Positions 37,101 to 43,469 of a DNA stretch of 43,469 nt are shown here, in pieces. A model generated the notes under the pieces. The model was not told the origin of the DNA and ran no database searches. It saw nothing but the letters and a program-made list of their open reading frames with translations. The stretch lies in assembly GCA_019661945.1 (NCBI GenBank), contig JAIFWI010000004.1, positions 1 to 43,469 of the forward strand, read 5' to 3'. This DNA comes from Candidatus Parcubacteria bacterium (GTDB lineage: Bacteria; Patescibacteriota; Minisyncoccia; Phycocordibacterales; JAKAEA01). Every line of letters begins with the position of its first letter. Positions within the stretch are counted from its first letter, which is position 1. The translations under genes and the position numbers were made by a program.

Positions 37101-40025
37101 ACCGCCGTAGAGCACTCCAATTGATGTTGTTGCTGTCACGACTCCAGCATTTGCCTGAAGTGGGCCATTAAGTGTACTAATGGTTAAACCACCATTTAAA
37201 ATACTTGAACCTAAAAACGTATTGGTATTGGTGAACATATTTGAAGTATATAATTTCGGAATTGTGGTAGAACTGTGAATGTAAGAATTAACGCGAGCGT
37301 CAGTGTAGTAAAGGTTTGTCCCTTCAGGAATTGTCGTGGTAATCAAACCTAAAGATGTTGTCGCTACTTGAGTAATAGTATTTCCTAATCCACCAATCAG
37401 TAACTGATTGTTCGTGATGGTTGAAAGTCCTGTACCACCTCGCGTTGCTGCTAATGTTCCGGTTGTGTCAGCAATGGCAATTCCCAAGGTTGATGTTGCT
37501 ACCAGAGTGTATCCGCCACTACCATTTCCCCGAAGAATTTCTCCAAAGTTTGGCGCAGAAGTTAGTCCTGTTCCCCCATAGAGTACTCCGATTGAAGTCG
37601 TTGCTGTAACGACTCCAGCGTTTGCTTGAAGGGGACCGTTGAGTGAGCCAATAGTTACACCTCCGTTGAAAATACTCGAGCCAGAAAATGTATTGGTGTT
37701 TGTAAATGTATTTGAAGTGTACAGTTTTGGAATTGTCGTTGATGCATGGATGTAAGAATTGACTCGAGCATCGGTGTAGTAGAGATTCGTGCCTTCGGGA
37801 ATCGTTGTCGTAATGAGTCCGAGAGATGTTGTTGCAACCTGAGTAATAGTATTGCCTGGACCACCAATCAGTAATTGATTTTGGGTGATTGTAGATAATC
37901 CCGTACCACCTCGTGTTGCGGCCAAGGTTCCTGACCACGTTGGGGTAAAGGTATGGGTCGATCCAGAGGATACTATATTAAGGCCGATGTTTGTATCAGA
38001 GGTCGTGGCAAAGGTTTGGGTCGAATTAGTCAGACCATTAAGTGAAGTAATGGCGCTTGTTGGTAAACCAAGAGAGGATGTTGCTGTTAATGTATAACCA
38101 CCCAAAGAATTTCCGACTAGTATCTGTCCTAAATTGGGTGCTGAAGTTAAACCAGTGCCACCGTATAAGACACCAATTGAGGAAGTTGCGCTCACTACTC
38201 CTGCGTTTGCCTGCAATGGACCATGTAATGTTCCGACTGTCAGTCCACCGTTGAAAATGCCAGCGCCTGAGAATGTATTTGTATTGCTAAATGTATTGGC
38301 AGTATATGTTTTAGGAATTGTGGATGAACCTTGAATAAAGTCGTTGACTCGAGTTGGGGTATAGTAGAGATTATTAACACCTTCGGCTAAATTGTTTGTT
38401 GATTTGGTGGTTAACCAATAATCAGCTGATGTGGTCGAGTATGAGTTTGCTAAATAATAGGTTCCGTCAGCTCCATCAAAGGTTCCTGTCCAATTTCCAC
38501 TTGTATCAACTGTTAATGCCCCACCTGAAATCGTCAGACCAGCCCCAGTAATGTCTGTAATGTACTCAGAGCCAACGCCAAGAACTGTTGTCCTAAATGT
38601 AGTTGAAGTCGCATTTGTTGTCGTAGCATTTATAGCAATAAGATTTGCTAATGTTGTCGATCCTGTAAGATTAAGATTGCCGGTAATTGAAACATTACCG
38701 CCAAATTTTGAATTACCGACAACTTCAAAAATATTTCCGGTTGTAGTTGTGGCGCTCGTGCCAATAAGAACGACGTAACCAGTATCTGATGGATAAATTG
38801 ACAAGCTGTCACTTGATGTCGCCCAAGCACCTGCGCCACCACCACCGCTCGTTAAATCTGAACCCCAGGTTGGCACGCCACCGGAAATTTTAAGCACTGT
38901 TCCATTAGAACCTCGAGCTAATCTGGTTAATGAAGTAGTTGTATCAGCATACAAAAGATCACCAACAGCATACACAGTCTGACCAGTGCCGCCTCGAATC
39001 GCGTTTAGTGTTCCTAAAGTATCAGCAAGATTAATACCCAGAGTTGATGTCGCAATTTGAATGATAGTATTGCCTGGACCGCCGATCAGTAATTGATTTT
39101 GGGTGATTGTAGATAATCCCGTACCGCCAAAATCAGCAGCGATGGTGCTACCCTGCCAGGTACCGCCAACAACCGTACCAACATTTGATTGAGTTGCAGC
39201 CAGAAGTGGAAACGTTGATGTCGCTGTCGTTGAAGTTGCCGTAAATGTCGAGCTTGTAACATGACCACCGACTGCAAGGTTACTATACAAAGTTGTATCG
39301 CCTGTTATTTGTAATGTAGAAGATCCAAAAAGACCGCCATTTTGATTTACATAAAAGAGTGGATTTCCTGTCGAACTTTGAATTCTAAAAAGATGCGCTG
39401 CTTGGCCAAGAGCTGCTTGAATCGTAAGCCCAACAGCATTTGTTGACGTCGCCTGAATTGAGACAACAGAATTATTAAGCACTGTGGTTGTACCGAATGT
39501 TGATGAATCAGTACCACGGACTGATCGCGCCAGCTCGGCAAATGTTGAGGCGGTTATGAGCTGGCGTGGTGCAAGCGTCTCAAATGTTACATTGTCATCA
39601 GAAACTTCAATTTGAAGATAGATTGTGTCATTAGTGCCAAAATCATAGTCCAAGGTATTAGGATATCCGTTTGCGGTATCACCAATATTTACATTAAATA
39701 CACCCTGTCGAATTGTGGTAGTGACCGTGCCTGGTGCTGAGGATGGCCAAAGTTGAGTGCCACCAGGAACTGTCGGACTATTCCACAAGGAAAATTTAAA
39801 ATATGCCGGCGCGCCTGATCCTCCCAAAAGATTTCCATTTTCATCAGTCAGGCGACCTTGATAACTTAAAATTTTTGGCACACCGGCTGCAGCTTCAGCA
39901 ATGGTTGGCAGAAGTGGAGAAAAAGGAGAAATTAAAATCGAAATAATCAGAGCAATAGAAAGAACTTTCGATATACCAAATCGATAGTAGATATTTCTAA
40001 ATCTCATGTACAAACTCCTATTCAA
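28107..40025 (-). CDS. Giant (3972 aa) secreted Thr/Gly-rich repeat fibre/adhesin-like protein
   Basis: Signal peptide, LSYQGRL N-domain, ten long repeats, GNVGIGT motifs, a Gly-rich domain and a DLAEMY autocleavage-like motif. Start may be ATG 40007. Confidence 0.85.
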   Translation of the reverse strand: MNRSLYMRFRNIYYRFGISKVLSIALIISILISPFSPLLPTIAEAAAGVPKILSYQGRLTDENGNLLGGSGAPAYFKFSLWNSPTVPGGTQLWPSSAPGTVTTTIRQGVFNVNIGDTANGYPNTLDYDFGTNDTIYLQIEVSDDNVTFETLAPRQLITASTFAELARSVRGTDSSTFGTTTVLNNSVVSIQATSTNAVGLTIQAALGQAAHLFRIQSSTGNPLFYVNQNGGLFGSSTLQITGDTTLYSNLAVGGHVTSSTFTATSTTATSTFPLLAATQSNVGTVVGGTWQGSTIAADFGGTGLSTITQNQLLIGGPGNTIIQIATSTLGINLADTLGTLNAIRGGTGQTVYAVGDLLYADTTTSLTRLARGSNGTVLKISGGVPTWGSDLTSGGGGAGAWATSSDSLSIYPSDTGYVVLIGTSATTTTGNIFEVVGNSKFGGNVSITGNLNLTGSTTLANLIAINATTTNATSTTFRTTVLGVGSEYITDITGAGLTISGGALTVDTSGNWTGTFDGADGTYYLANSYSTTSADYWLTTKSTNNLAEGVNNLYYTPTRVNDFIQGSSTIPKTYTANTFSNTNTFSGAGIFNGGLTVGTLHGPLQANAGVVSATSSIGVLYGGTGLTSAPNLGQILVGNSLGGYTLTATSSLGLPTSAITSLNGLTNSTQTFATTSDTNIGLNIVSSGSTHTFTPTWSGTLAATRGGTGLSTITQNQLLIGGPGNTITQVATTSLGLITTTIPEGTNLYYTDARVNSYIHASTTIPKLYTSNTFTNTNTFSGSSIFNGGVTIGSLNGPLQANAGVVTATTSIGVLYGGTGLTSAPNFGEILRGNGSGGYTLVATSTLGIAIADTTGTLAATRGGTGLSTITNNQLLIGGLGNTITQVATTSLGLITTTIPEGTNLYYTDARVNSYIHSSTTIPKLYTSNMFTNTNTFLGSSILNGGLTISTLNGPLQANAGVVTATTSIGVLYGGTGWTNILANSILLGNGTGALATTSAGTDGFVLALVSGVPTWQATTTLSTISGTLAATKGGTGLSTITNNQLLIGGAGNTITQVATTSLGLITTTIPEGTNLYYTDARVNSYIHGSTTIPKLYTANTFTNTNTFSGASIFNGGVTIGVLNGPLDARNGVVGATTSIGVLYGGTGLTSAPNFGEILRGNGTGGYTLVATSTLGIAIGDTTGTLAATRGGTGLSTITNNQLLIGGAGNTITQIATTSLGLITTTIPEGTNLYYTDARVNAYINGSTTIPKLYTSNTFTNTNTFSGPSIFNGGVTIGALNGPLQANAGVVSATTSIGVLYGGTGLSTAPTYGQLLLGNALGGYTLTATSSLGLVTTAITSLGAEFSPALTAASQTFATSTDTNIGLTITSSGSTHTFTPTWTGTLADARVANDLTISGGTINNTPIGASSASTAIFTNATSSNATSTNLAVSGSFNVIGQTGCAQFSTGGLLTGTGSNCGSGSGSGSDTNWTFFNGSGIRLATTTNQVLVGASATTSLAALEVIGNSYISGNVGIGTTSPYAKLSVVGEIVGAYFTATTTATSTFPRFTATQSNVGTVVGGIWQGDTIGVAFGGTGLNATPSFGQILRGNGSGGYELVATSTLGIALADTTGILPATRGGTGLSTITNNQLLIGGAGNTITQVATTSLGLITTTIPEGTNLYYTDARVNAYIHASTTIPKLYTTNTFTNTNTFSGSSIFNGGVTIGVLNGPLQANAGVVSATTSIGVLYGGTGLTSAPNFGEILRGNDTGGYSLVATSTLGIAIADTTGTLAATRGGTGLSTITNNQLLIGGLGNTITQVATTSLGLITTTIPEGTNLYHTDARVNTFIHGSTTIPKTYTNNTFSGNNIFNGTLTIGALNGPLDARNGVVGATTSIGVLYGGTGWTNIQANSILLGNGTGALATTSAGTDGFVLALVSGVPTWQATTTLATISGTLAATKGGTGLSTITNNQLLIGGAGNTITQVATTSLGLITTTIPEGTNLYYTDARVNSYIHASTTIPKLYTANTFTNTNTFSGSSIFNGGVTIGALNGPIQANAGVVSATSSIGVLYGGTGLTSAPNFGEILRGNGTGGYTLVATSTLGIAIADTTGTLAATRGGTGLSTITNNQLLIGGAGNTITQVATTSLGLITTTIPEGTNLYYTDARVNSYIHGSTTIPKTYTANTFTNTNTFSGSSIFNGGVTIGALNGPLDARNGVVGATTSIGVLYGGTGWNNIQANSILLGNGIGALATTSAGTDGFVLALVSGVPTWQATTTLATISGTLAATKGGTGLSTITNNQLLIGGAGNTITQVATTSLGLITTTIPEGTNLYYTDARVNAYIHGSTTIPKLYTTNTFTNTNTFSGSSIFNGGVTIGSLNGPLQANAGVVSATTSIGVLYGGTGWSNILSNSILLGNGTGALATTSVGTDGFVLALVSGVPTWQATTTLATISGTLAATKGGTGLSTITNNQLLIGGAGNTITQVATTSLGLITTTIPEGTNLYYTDARVNSYIHASTTIPKLYTANTFTDTNTFSGSSIFNGSVTIGALNGPLDARNGVVGATTSIGVLYGGTGATSFGQGWLYSTGGTSVLAASTSPTVNYLVATSTTATSTFAWGVQANALNIISSNASSTFANGINLTGGCFAISGACVGGSGGSGTVNTGIFGQLAFYGANGTAVSGTTTIVIGTTTANANNIGIGTSSPYAKLSVQGTLLQTNPVFEVASSSNSVKFLTVAGDGFGTTTLSGLTISGSATSTSNVGINLTGGCFAISGACVGGSGGSGTVSSGTTGQFAYYSADGTAVVGTSTLFTSTASKIGIGTTTPYAKLSVASGIVPQLLLTDTSAGSNLKHWYASSTAGSLTFGTLSDNLATLTEYMRINSSGNVGIGTTSPYAKLSVVGEIVGRNITATSTTATSTFAGGLDVSNGALRHDFSSGLTSIDNLALGATTFDSDGGILSWIDMPVTSSAVASTVQSYSAQIDGNPLLTVYAQSDGSGGIQNSGIAIGTSSPTSKLTVWGGLTGSIFNVVTSASTTALSVSATGFGTTTLSGLTISGSATSTSNVGLNITGGCYAISNTCIGGSGGSGTVNTGVFGQLAFYGANGTAVSGTTTIVIGTTTANANNVGIGTTSPYAKLSVQGNLLQTNPVFEVASSSNAVKFLSVAGNGFGTTTLSGLNIDASATSTSDVGFNITTGCYAVNGTCISGGGSGDAGFGVEAVRVHTVNGTWTKPAFVNNVYVEVWGGGGGGGVAGANNSDGGGGGGGYAAGVVAVNANVTVTIGATSTVGANGNASSFAASGGTLTGGAGQTNSGTTGGAGGTASGGTITVPGQAGGSTLGAAAGDGAAGGNGGGAPFGGAGGMGGTAVATGGTGAAGQAGAIPGGGGGGGSESAGAASAGARGMVLVWELSGTNGSDLAEMYETKEDVEVGDIVSISKDSFNYDSEWGLQKISILEKAGPDSKVVGVVSTAPAITMGRKISESVDAKNPQPIALAGRTPVKVSLENGPIKAGDLLGPSSIPGVAAKMEKSGIIIGAALEDYISPADGATSTGKVMMFVQTQYSSGARTNVLLERAGIDSDNIPAGLDIGRIMLAQLMVEKKNITASSSISEVFTDRVVAGLELITPRVLTDTLVVNTIEAVEDDIKLKLAQGGKMIITKAGKEDMSATFKDASASSTPVITFDADGNAVFAGTVTANKVVAKQIEGLEIFTDSISSLTDRLESLATSTASSSMSVSAQLASVFGFVNETKALLASSSEHYVNLASSLAALETQIASSTPIGKALTINRATIWDGLEVDSIGTGGEMLAFQSDLIFIGRPYFTTDTAGFALIKKGAKFADVTFGREYLEQPIINASISLENASSTDEALEDALFGNDIRHLISKKTTHGFRITLNKAAPEDITFSWIALAVKGAKTSTSTEAVVVPPPPPVEQPVVEEKPPAEEPKEEPKEEITEEPAKEELPVEEVDNEATEPEVQPTEPVVEITDVPAATVSE
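32365..35190 (-). repeat. Intragenic tandem repeat block 2 (six ~155-170 aa units)
   Basis: Six copies of GGTGLSTITNNQLLIGG...IPEGTNLY...SIGVLYGGTG. Boundaries approximate. Confidence 0.9.
36110..37930 (-). repeat. Intragenic tandem repeat block 1 (four units)
   Basis: Four copies of the same core, plus a degenerate copy near 38150-38390. Boundaries approximate. Confidence 0.9.
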
Positions 40026-40059
40026 CTTTTTATTGAAATATCCTTATATTAATAGCTAA

Positions 40060-40068
40060 ATTATAGCA
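40060..40068 (-). promoter_or_regulatory. Extended -10 element upstream of the giant gene
   Basis: TGC-TATAAT on the minus strand. Confidence 0.5.
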
Positions 40069-40158
40069 TATGGCAGAGCCCGGAAGGCATGGTTTTGAAG
40101 CTAAAACTGTTGAAAACTCAGCATTCTAATTGTTGCAATGTATGGTATAGTTCAGGTA

Positions 40159-40554
40159 ATGAAAAACGTGAGATTATTTTCTCGCTTTGCTCTTTTTGTT
40201 ATCTATTTTTGGTTTGGAATTTTAAAAGTTTTTGATCTGAGTCCTGCTACTCCCCTGGTTAATGCTTTAGCTCAAAAAAGTTTTGTTATTCTGCCTGATT
40301 TTCTGCAAATTTTCTTATCCCCGTCACGATTTATTATTTTATTTGGTCTCATCGAAGTACTTATTGGCATATTGTTTCTGTTTCCTGCCTTGACCAAGCC
40401 GACAAAAATTATTTTCGGCCTGCACATGATCACTACTTTCCTACCACTCTTCCTCTTGCCCTCACTTGTTTGGCAATCCCTGCTCGTGCCAACCCTCGAA
40501 GGTCAATACATCATCAAAAATCTCGCCCTCATCGCTATAGTTTTACATTTGTAG
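40159..40554 (+). CDS. DoxX-like membrane protein
   Basis: RFALFVIYFWFGILK, GLIEVLIG and TLEGQYIIKNL. ATG 40159 lies 7 nt after TGG-TATAGT (track start 40138). Confidence 0.8.
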   Translation: MKNVRLFSRFALFVIYFWFGILKVFDLSPATPLVNALAQKSFVILPDFLQIFLSPSRFIILFGLIEVLIGILFLFPALTKPTKIIFGLHMITTFLPLFLLPSLVWQSLLVPTLEGQYIIKNLALIAIVLHL

Positions 40555-40660
40555 TGCTTGCTTGGACGCTTGCGGCATGTGACTCGTTTGCTACAATCAC
40601 GTTACTAGAACTCACTCAATACGTAGTTATAGTGTTATCAGTCGTTAGTCAATTTGTATA

Positions 40661-41953
40661 ATGGATAGTAGTGGAACTCTGTGGGATCTTGGTTTTGAAA
40701 CCATTAAGGAGCTTGAAGTTGAGCAAGGCATTCTGGCATCAGGCAAAGAAGAAATCTTTGGATGTATTTTTGGCCGAGATTCACTCATCACCAGCCTCAA
40801 ATTACTTCGGGTCTATGAAAATACAAAAGATCCGTACTTTTTAGCTCTGGTTAAAAAAATTTTACAAAATCTTGTAGCTCTTCAGGGCACCGAAGTCAAT
40901 ATTGAAAGCGGTGAAGAGCCCGGCAAGTGTATTCATGAATTCCGACCGTCAAATCATGAGCACTTAACCCGTGATCTAGAAATTCCTTGGTATTTGTACC
41001 CTGATAACATGATGCGTAACTATGACTCGGTTGATAGCACGCCGCTTTTTCTCATTACCCTCTACCGTTATTTTCAAGCCAGTGCCGACAATGCCTTTAT
41101 GCAAGAAACCCTGCCGAATGTGAAGTTGGGTTTAAATTGGCTAGTAACGTACGGCGATAAAAATGGCGATGGTTTTGTAGACTACGGCTTAAATCCTGAG
41201 CGAAAATTCGGCGGTTTGGCAACACAAAGCTGGATGGACAGCGGCGAATCTGTTTTTCATGAAGATGGCAGTGCTGTTGCCTTCCCCATTGCACCCGTCG
41301 AAGCTCAAAGTTATACTTTTTTAGCTCTGCGATTGTGGTCTGACTATTTCAAAAATTCTGACAATATACACAGCGATGCCCTAAAACAGCGCGCCGATAA
41401 ACTTAAGGCTCACTTCAATGAAGTATTTGTGACCGCAAATGACCAAGGTGTATTTCTGGCTACAGGAGTTGATGGCAATGGCAAGCTTTTAACATCGGTC
41501 CGCTCAAGCATGGGTCATTGCATTTGGTCATCACTTGAAAAAAGCCGTGACGGCGTTCAAGAATCAATCATTAAAGATGAGTTCATTCCAAAAATTATTG
41601 AACGATTGATGGCTCCTGATATGTTCGCGCCTAAAGCTGGCATCCGCACTTTAAGTTCGCTGTCAGTTTCATACTCTCCGAATAGTTATCACAATGGTTC
41701 AATCTGGCCGCATGATACAAGCATTATCGCTGAGGGTTTTGATCTTTTCGGCTACCACGCTGAGGCTAAGCAAGTTCGAGAAGCATTGCTGTATGCTTTG
41801 ACTCACTTCAATAGTCCAATCGAACTTTTCGTATACGAAGAAGATTACTCGGAGTATTGTTCTCCGCATGGTCAAAAAGCATGTCTCAAGCAAGCCTGGA
41901 GCGCTGCCACTCTTCTCAAGGAATTGGCTTCAACTCGAACAATTACTTCTTAA
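40661..41953 (+). CDS. Amylo-alpha-1,6-glucosidase-like (alpha/alpha)6 glycoside hydrolase
   Basis: FGRDSLI, EEPGKCIHE, YDSVDSTPLF, QSWMDS, SYHNGSIWPHD and QAWSAA. Confidence 0.88.
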   Translation: MDSSGTLWDLGFETIKELEVEQGILASGKEEIFGCIFGRDSLITSLKLLRVYENTKDPYFLALVKKILQNLVALQGTEVNIESGEEPGKCIHEFRPSNHEHLTRDLEIPWYLYPDNMMRNYDSVDSTPLFLITLYRYFQASADNAFMQETLPNVKLGLNWLVTYGDKNGDGFVDYGLNPERKFGGLATQSWMDSGESVFHEDGSAVAFPIAPVEAQSYTFLALRLWSDYFKNSDNIHSDALKQRADKLKAHFNEVFVTANDQGVFLATGVDGNGKLLTSVRSSMGHCIWSSLEKSRDGVQESIIKDEFIPKIIERLMAPDMFAPKAGIRTLSSLSVSYSPNSYHNGSIWPHDTSIIAEGFDLFGYHAEAKQVREALLYALTHFNSPIELFVYEEDYSEYCSPHGQKACLKQAWSAATLLKELASTRTITS

Positions 41954-43469
41954 GATGTCGGTGTATTGTTGCCGCTCTCAGATTTCAAATCAAGGTGGCT
42001 ATTAATATCAATCAGGTTATTCAAAAATTTACTGGCCCATTGATATACATTATTTTTTGAGACAGCCGCTTGAAGTTTTTCCATGCGCTGTTTCCTTTCA
42101 TCCTTGGGCATTTCAAGAGCGCGTTTAATAGTATCGGCTAACTGCTCAATGTCATATGGATTAACAATAAGTGCATCTTGTAATTCATCAGCTGCTCCTG
42201 TTTGCTCTGAAAGAATTAAGGCACCATCAGCCGGTCCTGCCGTGACATATTCTTTAGCAACGAGGTTCATACTCTCAGCCAATGATGTAACCATCATCAG
42301 GTTGGCGCTCTTATACAAACTATAGAGCTCTGTTGGTGTTTGAGTTTCTTTAATGACGTGAATAGGCTGCCAATTTGAGGTGGCATATTTAAAATTGACT
42401 GTTTCAATCAAGGTTTCAATTTCTTGATCAAGCTGTTCGTATCGTTTCAAAATAGTGCGCGATGGCTGTAAAACATTAATATGCACAAATCTTTCCTGAT
42501 ATTCTGGATATTTTTCCAAAAAGCGGTCAATAGCCTTTATACGTTCAACAACTCCCTTAATGTAATCAATACGCTCGACACCAAATGAAAGAAATTCATA
42601 TCGACCAGTGACAATTTGTTTAATGTGAGATTTGCCAAAACGCTTCGATTTCTGAGAAGCATACGAAATGGCCTGATAATCAATACTAATTGGAAAATGA
42701 CGAACATAGGTTACTCGATCATTATAGGTAATGGTTAAATTATCAAAATCAACTTTGGCCTCAAGTGTTTTTGAGACCGAAGTTAAAAAGTTTCGACAAT
42801 GTGAGTGCCGGCTGAAACCAATAAGCTGATTGCCGAGCATTCCTTCCAATACTTGCCTATCCCATGGAAAAATCCGAAAAATTTCTGCCACCGGCCAGGG
42901 AACATGCCAAAAATGTCCGACAATAATGTCTGGATATTTTTCCCGAAGCATTTGTGGTACTAAGGCTAAGTGATAGTCATGAATCCAAACTACTACTTTT
43001 TCTTTATGGTCAGGATCAATTTCTTTGAGCACAGCGTCGGCATACTGTTGATTGACAGCCGTGTACGCTTCCCAATCACCTTGTCTGAAAATCGGCCGTT
43101 CAAAAACAGAGTGGCACAGCGGCCAGAGGGCTTCGTTACACAAGCCATAATACCAACCCAATAAATTTCTTTTGGTAATCCATAAGCGCTTCAGGGTGTA
43201 TTGCCTACGTCCAGGCGGCATTTTTATTTTATCTTCTTCATTAACAACTTCTTTGTCAGAGGCACCGCGGCCATGAGCAATCCAGAGTCCGCCATTCAAC
43301 TTTATGATCGGTTCCATAGCGGTAATCAGTCCGCCGGCACCTCGAACAACCGTAATTTTATCTTTGTAATAACCGTGAGTGTACGGCTCAGCTGATGAAA
43401 CCACAATAAGTTTATAATCGCCGATGCGATCTCCCAACAATTTTTCAATGACTTTTTTTGCCGGTGACA
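41950..43469 (-). CDS. otsA: Trehalose-6-phosphate synthase-like GT20 protein (5' partial)
   Basis: GGLITA, YYG..NEALWPLCH, WIHDYHL, FWHVPWP, ERIDYIKG and MNLVAKEY. The frame stays open to the window edge. Confidence 0.85.
   Translation of the reverse strand, partial: SPAKKVIEKLLGDRIGDYKLIVVSSAEPYTHGYYKDKITVVRGAGGLITAMEPIIKLNGGLWIAHGRGASDKEVVNEEDKIKMPPGRRQYTLKRLWITKRNLLGWYYGLCNEALWPLCHSVFERPIFRQGDWEAYTAVNQQYADAVLKEIDPDHKEKVVVWIHDYHLALVPQMLREKYPDIIVGHFWHVPWPVAEIFRIFPWDRQVLEGMLGNQLIGFSRHSHCRNFLTSVSKTLEAKVDFDNLTITYNDRVTYVRHFPISIDYQAISYASQKSKRFGKSHIKQIVTGRYEFLSFGVERIDYIKGVVERIKAIDRFLEKYPEYQERFVHINVLQPSRTILKRYEQLDQEIETLIETVNFKYATSNWQPIHVIKETQTPTELYSLYKSANLMMVTSLAESMNLVAKEYVTAGPADGALILSEQTGAADELQDALIVNPYDIEQLADTIKRALEMPKDERKQRMEKLQAAVSKNNVYQWASKFLNNLIDINSHLDLKSESGNNTPTS

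Noticed and set aside
32365-37930. Repeats as DGR template/variable regions
   Set aside because: No reverse transcriptase in the window, and differences are mostly synonymous rather than adenine-specific.
28045-39541. Many short ORFs overlapping the giant gene
   Set aside because: They are alternative-frame or antisense products of the repetitive, biased coding sequence.
28107-40025. Prophage tail gene
   Set aside because: The protein has a signal peptide and there are no capsid, terminase, portal or integrase genes nearby.

Overview
A gene-dense, mostly AT-rich bacterial chromosome segment. Its content (cohesin/dockerin surface proteins, a 3972-aa Thr/Gly-rich repeat fibre, many genes without a Shine-Dalgarno site) suggests Patescibacteria/CPR (Parcubacteria-like); this taxonomy is inference. 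From left to right: an accessory stretch downstream of tRNA-Asn(GTT) in which SIR2-like, VOC and HExxH genes are separated by three copies of a tRNA-3'-end-like motif (TTTGCTC-N16-TTCGAA); purB; VOC, MASE1 histidine kinase and FAD oxidoreductase genes; a 54-aa Cys-rich ORF missing from the ORF track, directly upstream of a ZIP transporter; mutS and mutL split by a REP-associated Y1 transposase with four palindromes; a molybdopterin oxidoreductase/ferredoxin reductase pair separated by a 75-bp MITE-like inverted repeat; a ~20-kb surface/glycosylation locus (two cohesins, FnIII-dockerin, C-methyltransferase, GT2, TPR membrane protein, beta-lactamase-fold protein, giant fibre); and an amylo-alpha-1,6-glucosidase-like gene converging on a 5'-partial otsA-like gene. 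The best leads are the tRNA-anchored cassette array, the metallothionein-like/ZIP pair, in-frame palindromic inserts in three genes, and the mosaic giant fibre. All functional calls are from motif recognition by eye, with no database search.
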